This document shows positions 1 to 11,546 of a stretch of 64,000 nucleotides of DNA, piece after piece (positions within the stretch are counted from its first letter, which is position 1; each line of letters opens with the position of its first letter). The position numbers and the translations under genes were made by a program. Under the pieces are notes generated by a model, which was not told where the DNA came from, made no database searches, and saw only the letters and a list, made by a program, of their open reading frames with translations. This DNA is from an uncultured beta proteobacterium (lineage in GTDB: Bacteria > Pseudomonadota > Gammaproteobacteria > Burkholderiales > Burkholderiaceae_C), in NCBI GenBank assembly GCA_903906695.1, contig CAIVLG010000260.1:715-64714 (forward strand), read 5' to 3'.

Positions 1-2575
1 GCGGATTGACCTCCAGCACATAAATCACGTCTTTGCCGTCGATGTTCTGAATCGCAAACTGCACGTTCATCAGACCAACGACGTTGAGCGCACAGGCCAT
101 GGCAGCGGTCTGGCGCTTGATTTCGTCGACGGTCTCGACGCTGAGGCTGTACGGTGGCAGAGAGCAGGCCGAGTCGCCACTGTGCACGCCGGCCTGCTCG
201 ATGTGTTCCATGACACCGCCAATGAAAGTGCGCCCGGCCTCGGTTGCTGTTCCGGCGTCGCGCAAACAATCAACGTCGCACTCGATGGCATCGTTCAAAA
301 AGCGGTCCAGCAGCACCGGCGAATCATGGCTGACTTTGACGGCTTCACGCATGTAGCGCTCCAGGTCGCGCTGCTCGTGCACGATTTCCATGGCACGCCC
401 TCCCAGCACGTAGCTCGGGCGTACCACCAGCGGATAACCGAGGGCAATCGCCTTTTCAAGCGCCTCAGCCTCGGTACGGGCGGTGGCATTCGACGGTTGA
501 CGCAAGCCCAAATGATGCAACAGTTTCTGAAAACGCTCGCGATCCTCGGCTGCGTCGATCATGTCGGGTGACGTTCCGATGATGGGCACACCGTTGGCCT
601 CCAGATCGAGTGCCAGCTTCAAGGGCGTCTGACCGCCGTACTGCACGATCACGCCCAGCGGCTTTTCCTTGTCGACGATTTCGAGCACATCTTCCAGTGT
701 CAGAGGCTCGAAATAAAGGCGGTCCGAGGTGTCGTAGTCGGTGGAAACCGTTTCCGGGTTGCAATTGACCATGATGGTTTCATAACCGTCTTCGCGCAGC
801 GCCAGCGCCGCATGCACGCAGCAGTAATCGAATTCGATACCCTGGCCGATTCGGTTCGGGCCGCCGCCCAGCACCATGATCTTTTTTCTATGGGTGGGCG
901 CTGCCTCACACTCCGAAGCCTCAGCCTCGTAAGTGGAATACATGTAGGCGGTATTGGTGGAAAACTCCGCGGCGCAGGTGTCGACCCGCTTGTAGACCGG
1001 TCGCACGCCCAGCGAGCGTCGTTTTTCACGCACCGCGGTGTCGGTGGTCTTGAACTGGCGCGCCAGTCGGCGGTCGGAAAATCCTTTTTGCTTCAGAGCG
1101 CGCAGGGTTACGGCGTCGATACTGTCCAGCGCCGTGCCGCTGGTAGGCAACGGCAGCCGCTCGATTTCAAGTTCGATCTTGACGATCTGTTCGATCTGTA
1201 CCAGGAACCAACGGTCAATGCGCGTGAGCTCGAATACTTCATCGACGCTCCATCCGGCAGCGAACGCATCGCCGACGTACCAGATGCGATCCGGGCCAGG
1301 TTCACCCAGTTCCTTTTCGAGCAGTTCGCGGTCCTGAGTCTTCTCGTTCATACCGTCGACACCGACCTCCAGTCCGCGCAGGGCTTTCTGGAACGACTCC
1401 TGAAAAGTGCGGCCAATGGCCATCACTTCGCCCACCGATTTCATTTGCGTCGTCAAGCGGCTGTCGGCGGCCGGAAATTTTTCGAACGCAAAACGCGGAA
1501 TTTTGGTCACCACATAGTCGATGCTGGGTTCGAAACTGGCCGGCGTGGCACCACCGGTAATTTCGTTGCGCAGTTCATCGAGTGTGTAGCCGACCGCCAG
1601 CTTTGCCGCCACCTTCGCTATCGGAAAACCAGTGGCCTTGGACGCCAGTGCCGAGGAGCGCGAAACGCGCGGATTCATCTCGATGACGACCATGCGACCG
1701 TCCTCGGGGTTGATGGCAAATTGCACGTTGGAACCACCCGTATCCACTCCGATTTCGCGCAGCACGGCCAACGATGCATTGCGCAGGATCTGGTATTCCT
1801 TGTCGCTCAGCGTCTGGGCCGGTGCCACCGTAATCGAGTCTCCGGTGTGTACACCCATCGGGTCGAGATTTTCGATCGAGCAGATGATGATGCAGTTGTC
1901 TGCCCTGTCACGCACCACCTCCATCTCGAACTCTTTCCAGCCAAGCAGCGATTCCTCGATCAGGAGTTCATTGGTGGGCGAGGCCTCCAGCCCGCGCTTG
2001 CAGATGACCTCGAATTCCTCCGAGTTGTAGGCGATGCCGCCACCGGTACCGCCGAGAGTGAAACTGGGTCGAATCACGGTCGGAAAACCCACTGTTCTCT
2101 GGACTGTCCAGGCTTCATCCATCGAGTGCGCTATGCCGGAGCGGGCTGACTCGAGCCCGATGCGCGTCATGGCGTCCTTGAATTTCAGTCGATCCTCGGC
2201 CTTGTCGATGGCTTGCGGGCTGGCGCCGATCAACTCGACACGGTATTTTTCGAGCACACCGTTGTGCCACAGGTCCAGTGCACAGTTGAGCGCCGTTTGC
2301 CCGCCCATGGTCGGGAGAATCGCGTCCGGGCGCTCTCTGGCGATGATCTTTTCGACCGTCTGCCAGGTGATTGGCTCGATGTAAGTTACGTCGGCAGTTG
2401 CCGGGTCGGTCATGATGGTCGCTGGATTGCTGTTGATCAGGATGACGCGGTAACCTTCCTCGCGCAAGGCCTTGCAGGCTTGTACGCCGGAGTAATCGAA
2501 TTCGCAGGCCTGACCGATGATGATCGGCCCGGCGCCAATGATGAGGACGCTCTTGAGATCGGTGCGTTTAGGCAT
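1..2575 (-). CDS. carB: Carbamoyl-phosphate synthase large subunit (partial, 3' end outside window)
   Basis: ATG at 2575 gives [17 protein letters not shown]...[11 protein letters not shown]. The same frame at the left edge reads [26 protein letters not shown]. It is missing from the ORF track because there is no stop in the window. The start overlaps the carA stop by 8 nt. Confidence 0.97.
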   Translation of the reverse strand, partial: MPKRTDLKSVLIIGAGPIIIGQACEFDYSGVQACKALREEGYRVILINSNPATIMTDPATADVTYIEPITWQTVEKIIARERPDAILPTMGGQTALNCALDLWHNGVLEKYRVELIGASPQAIDKAEDRLKFKDAMTRIGLESARSGIAHSMDEAWTVQRTVGFPTVIRPSFTLGGTGGGIAYNSEEFEVICKRGLEASPTNELLIEESLLGWKEFEMEVVRDRADNCIIICSIENLDPMGVHTGDSITVAPAQTLSDKEYQILRNASLAVLREIGVDTGGSNVQFAINPEDGRMVVIEMNPRVSRSSALASKATGFPIAKVAAKLAVGYTLDELRNEITGGATPASFEPSIDYVVTKIPRFAFEKFPAADSRLTTQMKSVGEVMAIGRTFQESFQKALRGLEVGVDGMNEKTQDRELLEKELGEPGPDRIWYVGDAFAAGWSVDEVFELTRIDRWFLVQIEQIVKIELEIERLPLPTSGTALDSIDAVTLRALKQKGFSDRRLARQFKTTDTAVREKRRSLGVRPVYKRVDTCAAEFSTNTAYMYSTYEAEASECEAAPTHRKKIMVLGGGPNRIGQGIEFDYCCVHAALALREDGYETIMVNCNPETVSTDYDTSDRLYFEPLTLEDVLEIVDKEKPLGVIVQYGGQTPLKLALDLEANGVPIIGTSPDMIDAAEDRERFQKLLHHLGLRQPSNATARTEAEALEKAIALGYPLVVRPSYVLGGRAMEIVHEQRDLERYMREAVKVSHDSPVLLDRFLNDAIECDVDCLRDAGTATEAGRTFIGGVMEHIEQAGVHSGDSACSLPPYSLSVETVDEIKRQTAAMACALNVVGLMNVQFAIQNIDGKDVIYVLEVNP

Positions 2576-3770
2576 TCGTATTCTCCCGAGCGTTTTGCAT
2601 CATGGCAATGAAACGATCAAACAAGTAGGCAATGTCGTGAGGACCGGGGGACGCTTCCGGGTGGCCCTGGAAGCAGAAGGCTGGCCGGTCGGTCCGCTCC
2701 AGACCCTGGAGAGTGCCATCGAACAGGCTGATATGGGTGGCGCGCAATTGGACTGGCAGCGACTTCTCGTCTACCGCGAAACCGTGGTTCTGGCTGGTGA
2801 TGCTGACGCGACCGCTCGCAAGGTCCTTCACCGGGTGATTGGCACCATGGTGGCCAAATTTCATCTTGAAGGTGCTGGCACCGCTGGCCAGCGCCATGAT
2901 CTGATGGCCCAGGCAGATGCCGAAGGTTGGTATCCCGGCTTGTATCAATTCCGCCGTAGCTGCAATCGCGTAGTCGCAGGGCGCGGGATCACCCGGGCCG
3001 TTGCTCAGAAATACGCCGTCGGGCTGGTAATCGAGAACAGCTGCGGCCGGGGTTTGGGCCGGTACCACGGTAACCCGACAGAAGCGCTCAGCCAACATGC
3101 GCAAGATATTGAACTTGACGCCAAAGTCATAGGCCACAACGTGAAACCGTGCGCCGCTCTGCTCGCCAAACCCTGCCCTGCCGTGCGCGTGGGACTGTCT
3201 CAATTTCCACTCGGTCTGCGTCCATTCATAGGCTGCCTTGGTCGACACCACTTTGGCCAGGTCCGAGCCCGCCATGCTGGGCGCGCCCTGCGCCAGCGTC
3301 AGCGCGCGGTCAATCGCCGGCGGCGCGACAACTTCACCCTCCGTCAGGGTCAGAATGCAGCCATTTTGTGCACCCTGGGTCCTCAGATGACGCGTCAATT
3401 GGCGCGTGTCAAGGTTGGCGATGGCCACAGTTCCTTGCTGCACCAAATATTGGGACAAGGACATCTCTGAACGAAAGTTCGACGCCACCAAGGGCAAATC
3501 CTTGATGATCAGACCCGCCGCGTGAACCTGAGCGGCTTCAACGTCCTGCCTGTTGACGCCATAGTTGCCGATATGCGGGTAGGTGAGTGTGACAATCTGC
3601 CGGCAGTAGCTGGGGTCTGTGAGGATTTCCTGGTAACCGGTTATGGCGGTGTTGAACACGATCTCGCCCACGGTGGAACCTACGGCCCCGATGGAATTAC
3701 CAACAAACACGGTTCCGTCAGCGAGCGCCAGAATGGCGGGGGGAAACGTTCCCTTTAAGGACAAAAGCAC
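2568..3770 (-). CDS. carA: Carbamoyl-phosphate synthase small subunit
   Basis: [21 protein letters not shown], glutaminase motif [19 protein letters not shown]. Confidence 0.97.
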   Translation of the reverse strand: MLLSLKGTFPPAILALADGTVFVGNSIGAVGSTVGEIVFNTAITGYQEILTDPSYCRQIVTLTYPHIGNYGVNRQDVEAAQVHAAGLIIKDLPLVASNFRSEMSLSQYLVQQGTVAIANLDTRQLTRHLRTQGAQNGCILTLTEGEVVAPPAIDRALTLAQGAPSMAGSDLAKVVSTKAAYEWTQTEWKLRQSHAHGRAGFGEQSGARFHVVAYDFGVKFNILRMLAERFCRVTVVPAQTPAAAVLDYQPDGVFLSNGPGDPAPCDYAIAATAELIQAGIPTFGICLGHQIMALASGASTFKMKFGHHGANHPVKDLASGRVSITSQNHGFAVDEKSLPVQLRATHISLFDGTLQGLERTDRPAFCFQGHPEASPGPHDIAYLFDRFIAMMQNARENTNA

Positions 3771-3795
3771 TGGGTTCTCCGGCTGGGTATTGGGT

Positions 3796-3871
3796 TACGC
3801 CCAAACGTGCTCAAGGTTCAACTCTTGGCTTGCTTTTAGAGGGAAAATGGCTTGAGGAGGCTCTGGGCGTA
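3796..3871 (-). ncRNA. Structured carA 5' leader (extended imperfect hairpin), candidate cis-regulatory RNA
   Basis: TACGCCCA 3796-3803 pairs with TGGGCGTA 3864-3871, and CTCAAG 3810-3815 pairs with CTTGAG 3851-3856. It lies between a TATAAT box and the carA start. Confidence 0.5.
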
Positions 3872-3892
3872 CGGGGTGCCATGAGGCGCACG

Positions 3893-3898
3893 ATTATA
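3893..3898 (-). promoter_or_regulatory. Sigma70 -10 box (TATAAT) upstream of carA leader
   Basis: Perfect TATAAT on the minus strand, overlapping the stop codon of the TrmH-family gene. Confidence 0.55.
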
Positions 3899-4676
3899 CC
3901 GCCGGCGCACTCGCATGTAGACAAATGGCCGCCGCGGCCGCGACGTTCAGCGACTCTTCGCCGCCAGGCTGCGCGATGCGAATATGCAAGCGCGCCAGCG
4001 CCTCCAATTCAGCGCAGACGCCCTGCCCCTCATGCCCCAATGACCACGCGCAGGGCCTGGGCAGCACATTGTCGGCCTGCGCCTGGTGCAGAAACAGGCC
4101 ACGGTGAGAACTTGTAACGACGATAGGTACCGTCAAGGCAAGCAGCGTCGCCAAGTCCGCACCCTCGATCAGTTGCAAACCCCAATGTGCACCCATGCCG
4201 GCGCGCAGTACTTTTGGGCTCCACAACGCGGCAGTTCCTTTTAGTGCAATGACTTGTCTGAAACCAAAGGCCGAGGCACTGCGCAAGATGGAGCCGACAT
4301 TGCCAGCGTCCTGTAGGCGATCCAGAATGACTGACGCAACCGTCGGTTGCAAATCAGGTGCAGATGGCAGATTGAACACACATCCCATGCGCGCCGGCGA
4401 CTCAAGGGCGCTGATGTCCGCAAAAAGATCATCAGCGATGACGATGTTCTTCGGTGCAACATCAGTCAAGACCGGCGAAACAGGCCAGATGGATTCCGAA
4501 AAAACAGCCACCAGTGGTTTCATACCGCGCCTTAAAGCAGCCAGGCACAGGTGCTCGCCCTCCACCCAAAACCGACCCTGCTTGCGGTAGGCGGTGCCGT
4601 CCCGCGACAAACGGCGCAAGTCTTTCAGAAAAGCATTGTCCCGCGAAGTGAGGTGCTGCGCTGCGAATTGACTCAC
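3894..4676 (-). CDS. TrmH/SpoU family RNA methyltransferase
   Basis: [24 protein letters not shown] and [18 protein letters not shown] motifs. Confidence 0.92.
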   Translation of the reverse strand: MSQFAAQHLTSRDNAFLKDLRRLSRDGTAYRKQGRFWVEGEHLCLAALRRGMKPLVAVFSESIWPVSPVLTDVAPKNIVIADDLFADISALESPARMGCVFNLPSAPDLQPTVASVILDRLQDAGNVGSILRSASAFGFRQVIALKGTAALWSPKVLRAGMGAHWGLQLIEGADLATLLALTVPIVVTSSHRGLFLHQAQADNVLPRPCAWSLGHEGQGVCAELEALARLHIRIAQPGGEESLNVAAAAAICLHASAPAV

Positions 4677-5317
4677 GTCGGTAACCCGTACATCAACTCT
4701 GTGACCGGGCGGAAAGTCTTGCGATGCTGCGGCGAAGGGCCGTGCTGGCGCAAGGCTGCGATATGCTCGGCGGTGCCGTAGCCCTTGTGTCTGGCAAAGC
4801 CATATTGCGGGAATTGCCGGTCGTATTCAACACACCAGCGATCACGGTGCACTTTGGCAAGAATGGACGCAGCCGATATGGCGGGCACCAGGGCGTCGCC
4901 CTTGATGATGGCCTCGGCCAGCACGTCGAGCACCGGTAGTCGATTGCCATCGACCAGCACCTTGTTCGGCTTCAGACGCAGGCCATCAACCGCCCGTCGC
5001 ATCGCAAGCAGGGTGGCCTGCAGAATATTGAGTTGCTCGATTTCCTCGGCGCTCGCCTGCGCGATCGAACAGCACAGTGCCTTGGCCCGAATTTCATCAA
5101 ACAGTCTTTCTCGGCGCAGGGCGGTCAGTGTCTTGGAATCCGCCAATCCCCTGATGGGTTGCAAGTCATCCAGAATAACCGCCGCAGCGACCACAGGCCC
5201 CGCCAGCGGACCTCGTCCGGCTTCGTCGACCCCGGCCACCAGACCGGTTACATCCCAGGTCAGAGCCGTCTGACTTCGACAGTTTTTTTCAATTCTGGAG
5301 AACTTGCTGTATCGCAT
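4673..5317 (-). CDS. rnhB: Ribonuclease HII
   Basis: [40 protein letters not shown]. Confidence 0.96.
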   Translation of the reverse strand: MRYSKFSRIEKNCRSQTALTWDVTGLVAGVDEAGRGPLAGPVVAAAVILDDLQPIRGLADSKTLTALRRERLFDEIRAKALCCSIAQASAEEIEQLNILQATLLAMRRAVDGLRLKPNKVLVDGNRLPVLDVLAEAIIKGDALVPAISAASILAKVHRDRWCVEYDRQFPQYGFARHKGYGTAEHIAALRQHGPSPQHRKTFRPVTELMYGLPT

Positions 5318-6422
5318 GAGCGGCTATTCGAGGGGTATCACGCTGCATTCGCTCATGCAGCAATGCAAATTTCACTTGCAAGGCGGCTGTCTTCTGTGGC
5401 GAATCGAGCCACGTCAATACCGCGTCAGCGAGCGCCCGCGGTGTCGCAGCATCCTGCAAGAACTCCGGTACCACAAAATCCCGACAAAGGATGTTCGGCA
5501 AACCAACCCAGGGCTGCAATCTCTTGCGTCGCATGATCTGCCATGACAGCCAGTTCATGTGGTAGGCAATCACCATGGGACGCTTGAACAAGGCGGCTTC
5601 CAGGGTCGCCGTGCCGCTGGCAATCAGGGTCACATCACAGGCTGCCAGGACCGCATGCGACTCACCCGCGACGACTTGCAGTCGGTCTGATAAACCGCAG
5701 TTGCGCGCCGCCTGATCAATGGCGTTTCTCAGATGCGATAGCGCCGGAACCACGAACTTTATGTCAGCTGACGCCTCTCGCACAATCGCTGCCGCCTGAA
5801 AGAACCTGACAGCATGATGTTCGATCTCTGATTTCCGGCTACCTGGCAAAATCGCCACCACCCTATCGTCTGTTCGCAATCCCAATTTGAGTCGGGCCGC
5901 CGCCCGATCTGGCACCATCGGAATCATATTTGCCAAAGGATGACCCACGAAGGTGGCGGCAATGCCGTGCCGGGCCAAAAAGTCAGGTTCAAATGGAAAG
6001 ATGCACAGCACATGATCGACACAGCGGCGAATCTTGTCAATTCGTTCCGGTCGCCAGGCCCACACTGAGGGAGACACGAAATGCACGGTCTTGACACCCT
6101 GCGCCTTCAGCGCGAGCTCCAGATCCAGATTGAAATCGGGCGCGTCCACGCCGATGAAAAGATCAGGGCGCTGCAATAGCAGGCGAGCCTTGAGTTGTTC
6201 ACGAATGCCGACCAGCTCCCGGTAGCGACTCAGTACGTCCCAGCCGTAACCATGCAGCGACAATTTCTCAAACGGCCACCAGGACACAAAGCCTCGACGC
6301 GCCATCTGCGGCCCACCGATGCCAACCGCGCTCAGTTCATGCCAATATTCGCGCAAACCGTCGAGCAGCAGTCCGGCCAGCAAGTCGCCAGAGGATTCGC
6401 CGGCCACCATGCCGAACTTCAT
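5289..6422 (-). CDS. lpxB: Lipid-A-disaccharide synthase
   Basis: [43 protein letters not shown]. Start placed at ATG 6422, directly after the lpxA stop. Confidence 0.95.
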   Translation of the reverse strand: MKFGMVAGESSGDLLAGLLLDGLREYWHELSAVGIGGPQMARRGFVSWWPFEKLSLHGYGWDVLSRYRELVGIREQLKARLLLQRPDLFIGVDAPDFNLDLELALKAQGVKTVHFVSPSVWAWRPERIDKIRRCVDHVLCIFPFEPDFLARHGIAATFVGHPLANMIPMVPDRAAARLKLGLRTDDRVVAILPGSRKSEIEHHAVRFFQAAAIVREASADIKFVVPALSHLRNAIDQAARNCGLSDRLQVVAGESHAVLAACDVTLIASGTATLEAALFKRPMVIAYHMNWLSWQIMRRKRLQPWVGLPNILCRDFVVPEFLQDAATPRALADAVLTWLDSPQKTAALQVKFALLHERMQRDTPRIAAHAIQQVLQN

Positions 6423-6423
6423 C

Positions 6424-7218
6424 CTAGCGCACGATTCCGCGTTGCGGCGAGGAGTCATCCAAGAACGTCAGCATCATCTGGACGTCAGGTACGGACTCCG
6501 GAAACTTGTCAATCAATCCGGCAATGCGTTCACGGGCTGCCTGCAGCGTCAAATCCTCACGGTACAAGGCCTTGTACATGGTTTTGACAACGGACATCCG
6601 TTCAGCCGAAAAACCACGCCGGCGCAAGCCCTCGAAGTTCATGGAACGCGCCTGCGCGGGTTGACCTTGGCACATCACAAATGGCGGCAGGTCCGCCAGC
6701 AAAACGCTGCTGATGGCCGTCATGCTATGGGCTCCGACGCGTACAAATTGGTGTACCCCAGTCAGCCCACCCAACATCACCCAATCCCCCACGTGAACGT
6801 GTCCGGCCAGGGTCGCACAGTTGGCAAAAATGGTATGGCTGCCAACGACGCAATCGTGTGCCACATGCACGTAGGCCATAAACCAGTTGTCATCACCGAC
6901 CCGCGTCACACCCTGGTCACCGGGCGATCCGATATTGAAGGTGCAAAACTCACGAATCGTATTGTGGTTACCGATGATCAACTGGCATGGCTCACCGGCG
7001 TATTTCTTGTCCTGCGGAATAGCGCCCAAGGAATTGAATTGAAAAATGCGATTGTGGCAACCAATCTCGGTGTGCCCCTCCAACACGCAGTGTGGACCAA
7101 CGGTCGTCCCGGCTCCAATTTTGACGTGGGGCCCAATCACCGTGTAAGGACCCACTGTGACTGAACCGTCAATTTCAGCCTGGGGATCAACGATTGCGCT
7201 GGCATGAATCGCCGTCAT
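6424..7218 (-). CDS. lpxA: UDP-N-acetylglucosamine O-acyltransferase
   Basis: Hexapeptide repeats, [31 protein letters not shown]. Confidence 0.96.
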   Translation of the reverse strand: MTAIHASAIVDPQAEIDGSVTVGPYTVIGPHVKIGAGTTVGPHCVLEGHTEIGCHNRIFQFNSLGAIPQDKKYAGEPCQLIIGNHNTIREFCTFNIGSPGDQGVTRVGDDNWFMAYVHVAHDCVVGSHTIFANCATLAGHVHVGDWVMLGGLTGVHQFVRVGAHSMTAISSVLLADLPPFVMCQGQPAQARSMNFEGLRRRGFSAERMSVVKTMYKALYREDLTLQAARERIAGLIDKFPESVPDVQMMLTFLDDSSPQRGIVR

Positions 7219-7229
7219 GCGGAGCCCCC

Positions 7230-7667
7230 TTACTTTACGGTTCGCATGGCGCAGGTCAATTCGGCTTCCACAGCGATTTGATCATTGACCATGGCACGCG
7301 TCCTGAATTTGAAGATTCCCGCTTTCGCACGCAGCAGTTCAGCCTCCAGAATGAGCTGATCGCCAGGTTCAACCGGGCGTCTGAAACGCACGCCGTCCAT
7401 GCCCGCAAAGTAGTAAATCATCTGATCGTCGGGCGTCGCGTTGAGTGCGTCGAAAGACAGCAGGGCTGAAGCCTGGGCCAGAGCTTCCAGCATCAGCACA
7501 CCGGGCATGACCGGTCGATTCGGGAAATGACCTTCAAAAAATGGCTCGTTGATGGTGATGTTCTTCAATGCCTTGATGCTTTTTCCTTTGTCGATTTCCA
7601 ACACGCGATCGACCAGCAGGAATGGATAACGATGCGGCAGCTGTTTAAGAATTTTGTGAATGTCCAT
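7230..7667 (-). CDS. fabZ: 3-hydroxyacyl-ACP dehydratase
   Basis: [35 protein letters not shown]. Confidence 0.97.
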   Translation of the reverse strand: MDIHKILKQLPHRYPFLLVDRVLEIDKGKSIKALKNITINEPFFEGHFPNRPVMPGVLMLEALAQASALLSFDALNATPDDQMIYYFAGMDGVRFRRPVEPGDQLILEAELLRAKAGIFKFRTRAMVNDQIAVEAELTCAMRTVK

Positions 7668-7690
7668 CTTGCTTCATCCAATTGGAGGTT

Positions 7691-8665
7691 TCATACCTTC
7701 AGTTTGTTTTCCAGGGTGCGAATACGGTCACGCAGGCGATGCAACTGCTTGAGTGAAGCCGCGTTCTTCTCCCAAACGGAATTCTCATCGATCGGAAAGA
7801 TGCCGCTGTAGTGCCCGGCTTTGCGAATCGAACGGGTGACGAGCGTCGCCGCCGAAATATTAACCCCGTCCGCTAACACCAGATGTCCAAGCACCATCGC
7901 GCTGCCGCCGAGAGTGCAATGGGCGCCAATCGTGGCGCTGCCCGCCACGCCGACACAACCCGCCATGGCAGTGTGCTTGCCGACACGTACGTTGTGGCCA
8001 ATCTGGATCAGGTTATCGAGCTTGACGCCATCCTCGATCACCGTATCCTGCAGAGCGCCGCGATCAATGCAGGTATTTGCACCGATCTCAACATCATCGC
8101 CAATTCGCACCGCTCCCAACTGCTCAATCTTCTCCCAGGCTTCTGCATTGGGAGCAAATCCGAACCCATCGGCTCCGACGACAACCCCTGGATGCAACAG
8201 ACAACGCTTGCCGATAACACAGCCCTGTGACACCGTGACCCGGGATTTGAGCTCGGTCTCGGCCCCAATGCGGGCTCCGCGTTCGATCACGCACAAAGGC
8301 CCAATCTTGGCGCTTGGGTCAACGAAGGCTTCAGCGTCAATCACGGCGCTCGGGTGCCTGAGCGGCCCGGCAGGCTGCTCCATGCCCCTTTTCCAGAGCT
8401 GGGTAAGACGGGCAAAATACAAATAGGGTTGATCCGAGACGATGCAGGCCCCGCGTGTCAACGCGGCGTCGAGCGTCTGCGGACTCACAACCACGCACGC
8501 CGCCCTGGATGTTGCAAGCTGGTTCTGGTACCTGACATCACTCAGAAAACTCAAATCACTGTCGGTCGCGGAATCGAGCGGCGCCAGTCCTTCAACAATC
8601 AGATCATGTTCGCCGTGAAGTTCACCCCCGAGCGCCTTGACGATTGACCCCAGACTCAGGTTCAC
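7691..8665 (-). CDS. lpxD: UDP-3-O-(3-hydroxyacyl)glucosamine N-acyltransferase
   Basis: [31 protein letters not shown]. Confidence 0.96.
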   Translation of the reverse strand: MNLSLGSIVKALGGELHGEHDLIVEGLAPLDSATDSDLSFLSDVRYQNQLATSRAACVVVSPQTLDAALTRGACIVSDQPYLYFARLTQLWKRGMEQPAGPLRHPSAVIDAEAFVDPSAKIGPLCVIERGARIGAETELKSRVTVSQGCVIGKRCLLHPGVVVGADGFGFAPNAEAWEKIEQLGAVRIGDDVEIGANTCIDRGALQDTVIEDGVKLDNLIQIGHNVRVGKHTAMAGCVGVAGSATIGAHCTLGGSAMVLGHLVLADGVNISAATLVTRSIRKAGHYSGIFPIDENSVWEKNAASLKQLHRLRDRIRTLENKLKV

Positions 8666-8686
8666 GGTCGAAGTACCTCACGTGCG

Positions 8687-9205
8687 CTACTTGACAGCAC
8701 CCGCATTCAGCGCTTTGATGACTTTGTCGGTAATGTCGTGCTTTGGATTGACGTACACCGCTTCCTGCAGTATCAAATCGTACTTTTCGGCTTCAGCAAC
8801 CTGCTTGACCACCTTGTTGGCACGCTCGAGTACCTGCTGCAGCTCCTCGTTCTTTCTGGAACTGAGGTCTTCCTGAAATTCACGACGTTTTCTCTGAAAC
8901 TCTCGTTCCTGATCAGCCAGTTGCTTCTGACGGCTGGCGCGCTGGCTCTCGGACAAGGTCGGCGCCTCGCGTTCGAATTTGTCGGCCGCGGACTTCAGGC
9001 TGGTTCCAAGATCAACAATATCTTTTTCCCGCTTGGCAAATTCCTGTTCAAGCTTGGACTGTGCCGTCTTGGCAGTGCCAGCCTCCTTGAAAATGCGGTC
9101 AGTACTAACGAAGCCGATACGGAATTCCTGCGCATGGACCGGAGCCATTGACAGCAAACTGCCCAACACAACGCCGAGACAACACTGACGTAAAAGATAG
9201 TTCAT
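8687..9205 (-). CDS. skp: Periplasmic chaperone Skp/OmpH
   Basis: Signal peptide, RIGFVS, coiled-coil body, DITDKVIKALN; located between bamA and lpxD. Confidence 0.92.
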   Translation of the reverse strand: MNYLLRQCCLGVVLGSLLSMAPVHAQEFRIGFVSTDRIFKEAGTAKTAQSKLEQEFAKREKDIVDLGTSLKSAADKFEREAPTLSESQRASRQKQLADQEREFQRKRREFQEDLSSRKNEELQQVLERANKVVKQVAEAEKYDLILQEAVYVNPKHDITDKVIKALNAGAVK

Positions 9206-11496
9206 TAGAAGTTTGTCCCAATCTGAAATTGCATGGTCTGTATTTTATCGCCTTCAAACTTCTTGACCGGCTTGGCGAAGGCAAGTCGCAAGGGTCCCAT
9301 CGGTGAAATCCAGCTGACACCGATTCCAATGGATGCCCGCAGGTTATTGGCATTTGCATTAACACCGTCGCTGCCTTGAACGCCGCCGACGTCCCCAAAA
9401 AGAAACGCACGCAGAGTTCGATCATTGCCTGAGCCAGGAAATGGAGACAACAATTCGACGTTGAAGTTTTCCTTGCTGGTGCCGCCCAGCGAAATGCCGC
9501 TAGCGTCCTGTGGCCCGAGACTGCCGGGCTCGAAACCTCGGACTGAACCCAGCCCCCCACCAAAAAATCTCTTGAACACTGGGTAACTTCGATCACCGGC
9601 TGTGGTGCCGTACCCTAAGTCAGTATTGAATGCCAGAGTAAATTGCTTGCTGAGAGAAATGAATTGCTGATATTGGTAAGTTGCTCGCAAGTAGCGGGCC
9701 TCGCCTGCCACTGACCATTCTGTATAGGCTCTCTGAAAGCGACCGGAATTCGGCGAGATGGCACTATCGCGGCTGTCCCGCGCCCAGCCCGCCGTCAAAG
9801 GCACTGCGGTACTGGCATAGCCATATTCATTCGCATAGGCCATGTAGGAGTACGGCAGAGCCGTACCGGGAACGATGGTTGTTCTTTCTAGCCCCGCACC
9901 GAAATAGACGGTGTCGGTTTCGGTAAACGGCACTCCAAAGCGCAAGCTTCCACCGTCGGAAACCAATTGATAGTAGTTTTGATCCTGATAGGGGCTACTT
10001 GTCTTGTGGTACAAATCAATTGTCCGTGAGACTCCATCCTGGGTAAAGTACGGGTCGGTCGTGTTGAACACGATCACGCGATTGATTTTGCTGGTGTTGA
10101 TCTGCACTCCAAGCGAATTACCCGAACCAAATGCGTTGTCCTGTTTCAGCCCGAATGTAATTCCAAGTCCGTCCGTGGATGAATAGCCGGCCCCCAAAGT
10201 CAGGCTACCGGTTGGTTTGTCCTCCACCTTGAGCGTCAAATCAACCTGATCCGGCGAACCCGGTACTTCCTGGGTTTCGACGCCGACTTCCTTGAAATAG
10301 CCGAGCCGATCAACGCGGTCGCGCGACAGCTTGATTTTGTCACCGTCGTACCAAGATGCCTCGAACTGCCGAAATTCCCTGCGCACTACCACATCGCGGG
10401 TTCTACTGTTTCCAACGACATTGATCCGGCGCACATAAGCCCGACGCGAGGGGTCAGCCTGCAAAACCAGGGCTACGCGATTGTTGGCTCGATCGATATC
10501 GGGGCGCGCGATTACTCGCGCGAAGGCGAATCCAAAATTGCCGAAATAGTCAGTAAACGCTTTGGTGGTTTTGGCCACGTCATCAGCGTTATAGGCCTGC
10601 CCTGGCCGGATAGTGACAAGAGACTTGAATTCTTGGTCCCTGCCGAGAAAATTGCCTTCCAGTTTGACACCGCTGACCACAAAACGATTACCTTCAGTGA
10701 CATTGATGGTGATCGCAATGTCAGTCTTGTTGGGCAATATGGCAACCTGAGTCGAGTCCACCTTGAACTCGATGTAACCTCGACTTAAATAATATGAGCG
10801 CAATGTTTCGATGTCCGCATTCAGTTTGGCACGCGAATAGCGATCTGATTTGGTGTACCAACTCAACCAGCCACCGGTGTCCAGATCAAATAGACTGCGT
10901 AGCGTTGACTCGCCAAAAACCTGATTGCCAACAATTCGAATCTCGCTAATTTTTGCAGGATCGCCCTCGACCACCGTAAATGTGAGATTGACGCGGTTAC
11001 GCTCGACCGGCGTCACCGTGGTCACCACTTCCGCCGCGTACAGGCTGCGATTGATATATTGCCGCTTGAGCTCCTGCTCGGCCCGATCGAGTTGTGCCTT
11101 GTCAAAAGGCCTGCCATCGGCCAAGCCGACATCGCGCAAGGCCTTCTTGAGAACGTCCTTGTCAAACTCCTTGGTTCCCACGAAGTCGACTTCAGCAACT
11201 GTGGGCCGCTCTTCAACGATGATCACCAGCACATCAGCGTTGACTTCGATTCGCACATCCTTGAACAGGCCGAGATCGAACAGGGCCCGGATCGCCAATG
11301 AACTCTTTTCATCGCTGTAAATATCGCCAACATGAACCGGCAAAGAGACGAAAACGGTTCCAGGTTCCACTCGCTGCAAGCCCTCGATCCGAATATCGCG
11401 GACCGTAAAAGGGTCTAATGCCCAAGCTGTACTGGCCACCAAAACCAGACCAGCCAAGCCGGTTGCGTTGCGCAAATGAAAGCGATTGAATTGCAT
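9205..11496 (-). CDS. bamA: Outer membrane protein assembly factor BamA
   Basis: DIRIEGLQRVEPGT, POTRA repeats, SVRGF motif, C-terminal FQIGTNF. Start could also be 11517. Confidence 0.95.
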   Translation of the reverse strand: MQFNRFHLRNATGLAGLVLVASTAWALDPFTVRDIRIEGLQRVEPGTVFVSLPVHVGDIYSDEKSSLAIRALFDLGLFKDVRIEVNADVLVIIVEERPTVAEVDFVGTKEFDKDVLKKALRDVGLADGRPFDKAQLDRAEQELKRQYINRSLYAAEVVTTVTPVERNRVNLTFTVVEGDPAKISEIRIVGNQVFGESTLRSLFDLDTGGWLSWYTKSDRYSRAKLNADIETLRSYYLSRGYIEFKVDSTQVAILPNKTDIAITINVTEGNRFVVSGVKLEGNFLGRDQEFKSLVTIRPGQAYNADDVAKTTKAFTDYFGNFGFAFARVIARPDIDRANNRVALVLQADPSRRAYVRRINVVGNSRTRDVVVRREFRQFEASWYDGDKIKLSRDRVDRLGYFKEVGVETQEVPGSPDQVDLTLKVEDKPTGSLTLGAGYSSTDGLGITFGLKQDNAFGSGNSLGVQINTSKINRVIVFNTTDPYFTQDGVSRTIDLYHKTSSPYQDQNYYQLVSDGGSLRFGVPFTETDTVYFGAGLERTTIVPGTALPYSYMAYANEYGYASTAVPLTAGWARDSRDSAISPNSGRFQRAYTEWSVAGEARYLRATYQYQQFISLSKQFTLAFNTDLGYGTTAGDRSYPVFKRFFGGGLGSVRGFEPGSLGPQDASGISLGGTSKENFNVELLSPFPGSGNDRTLRAFLFGDVGGVQGSDGVNANANNLRASIGIGVSWISPMGPLRLAFAKPVKKFEGDKIQTMQFQIGTNF

Positions 11497-11546
11497 CTTG
11501 AAATGATAAATAGTCAAACCGGCGCCTTAGCAGTCAACGCCAGACA

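Noticed and set aside
812-3470. Long plus-strand ORFs (445 aa at 812-2149, 317 aa at 2517-3470) and similar ones opposite lpxA, kaiC, ycaO and HD-GYP
   Set aside because: Antisense shadows of well-conserved genes in GC-rich DNA; no recognisable motifs or RBS.
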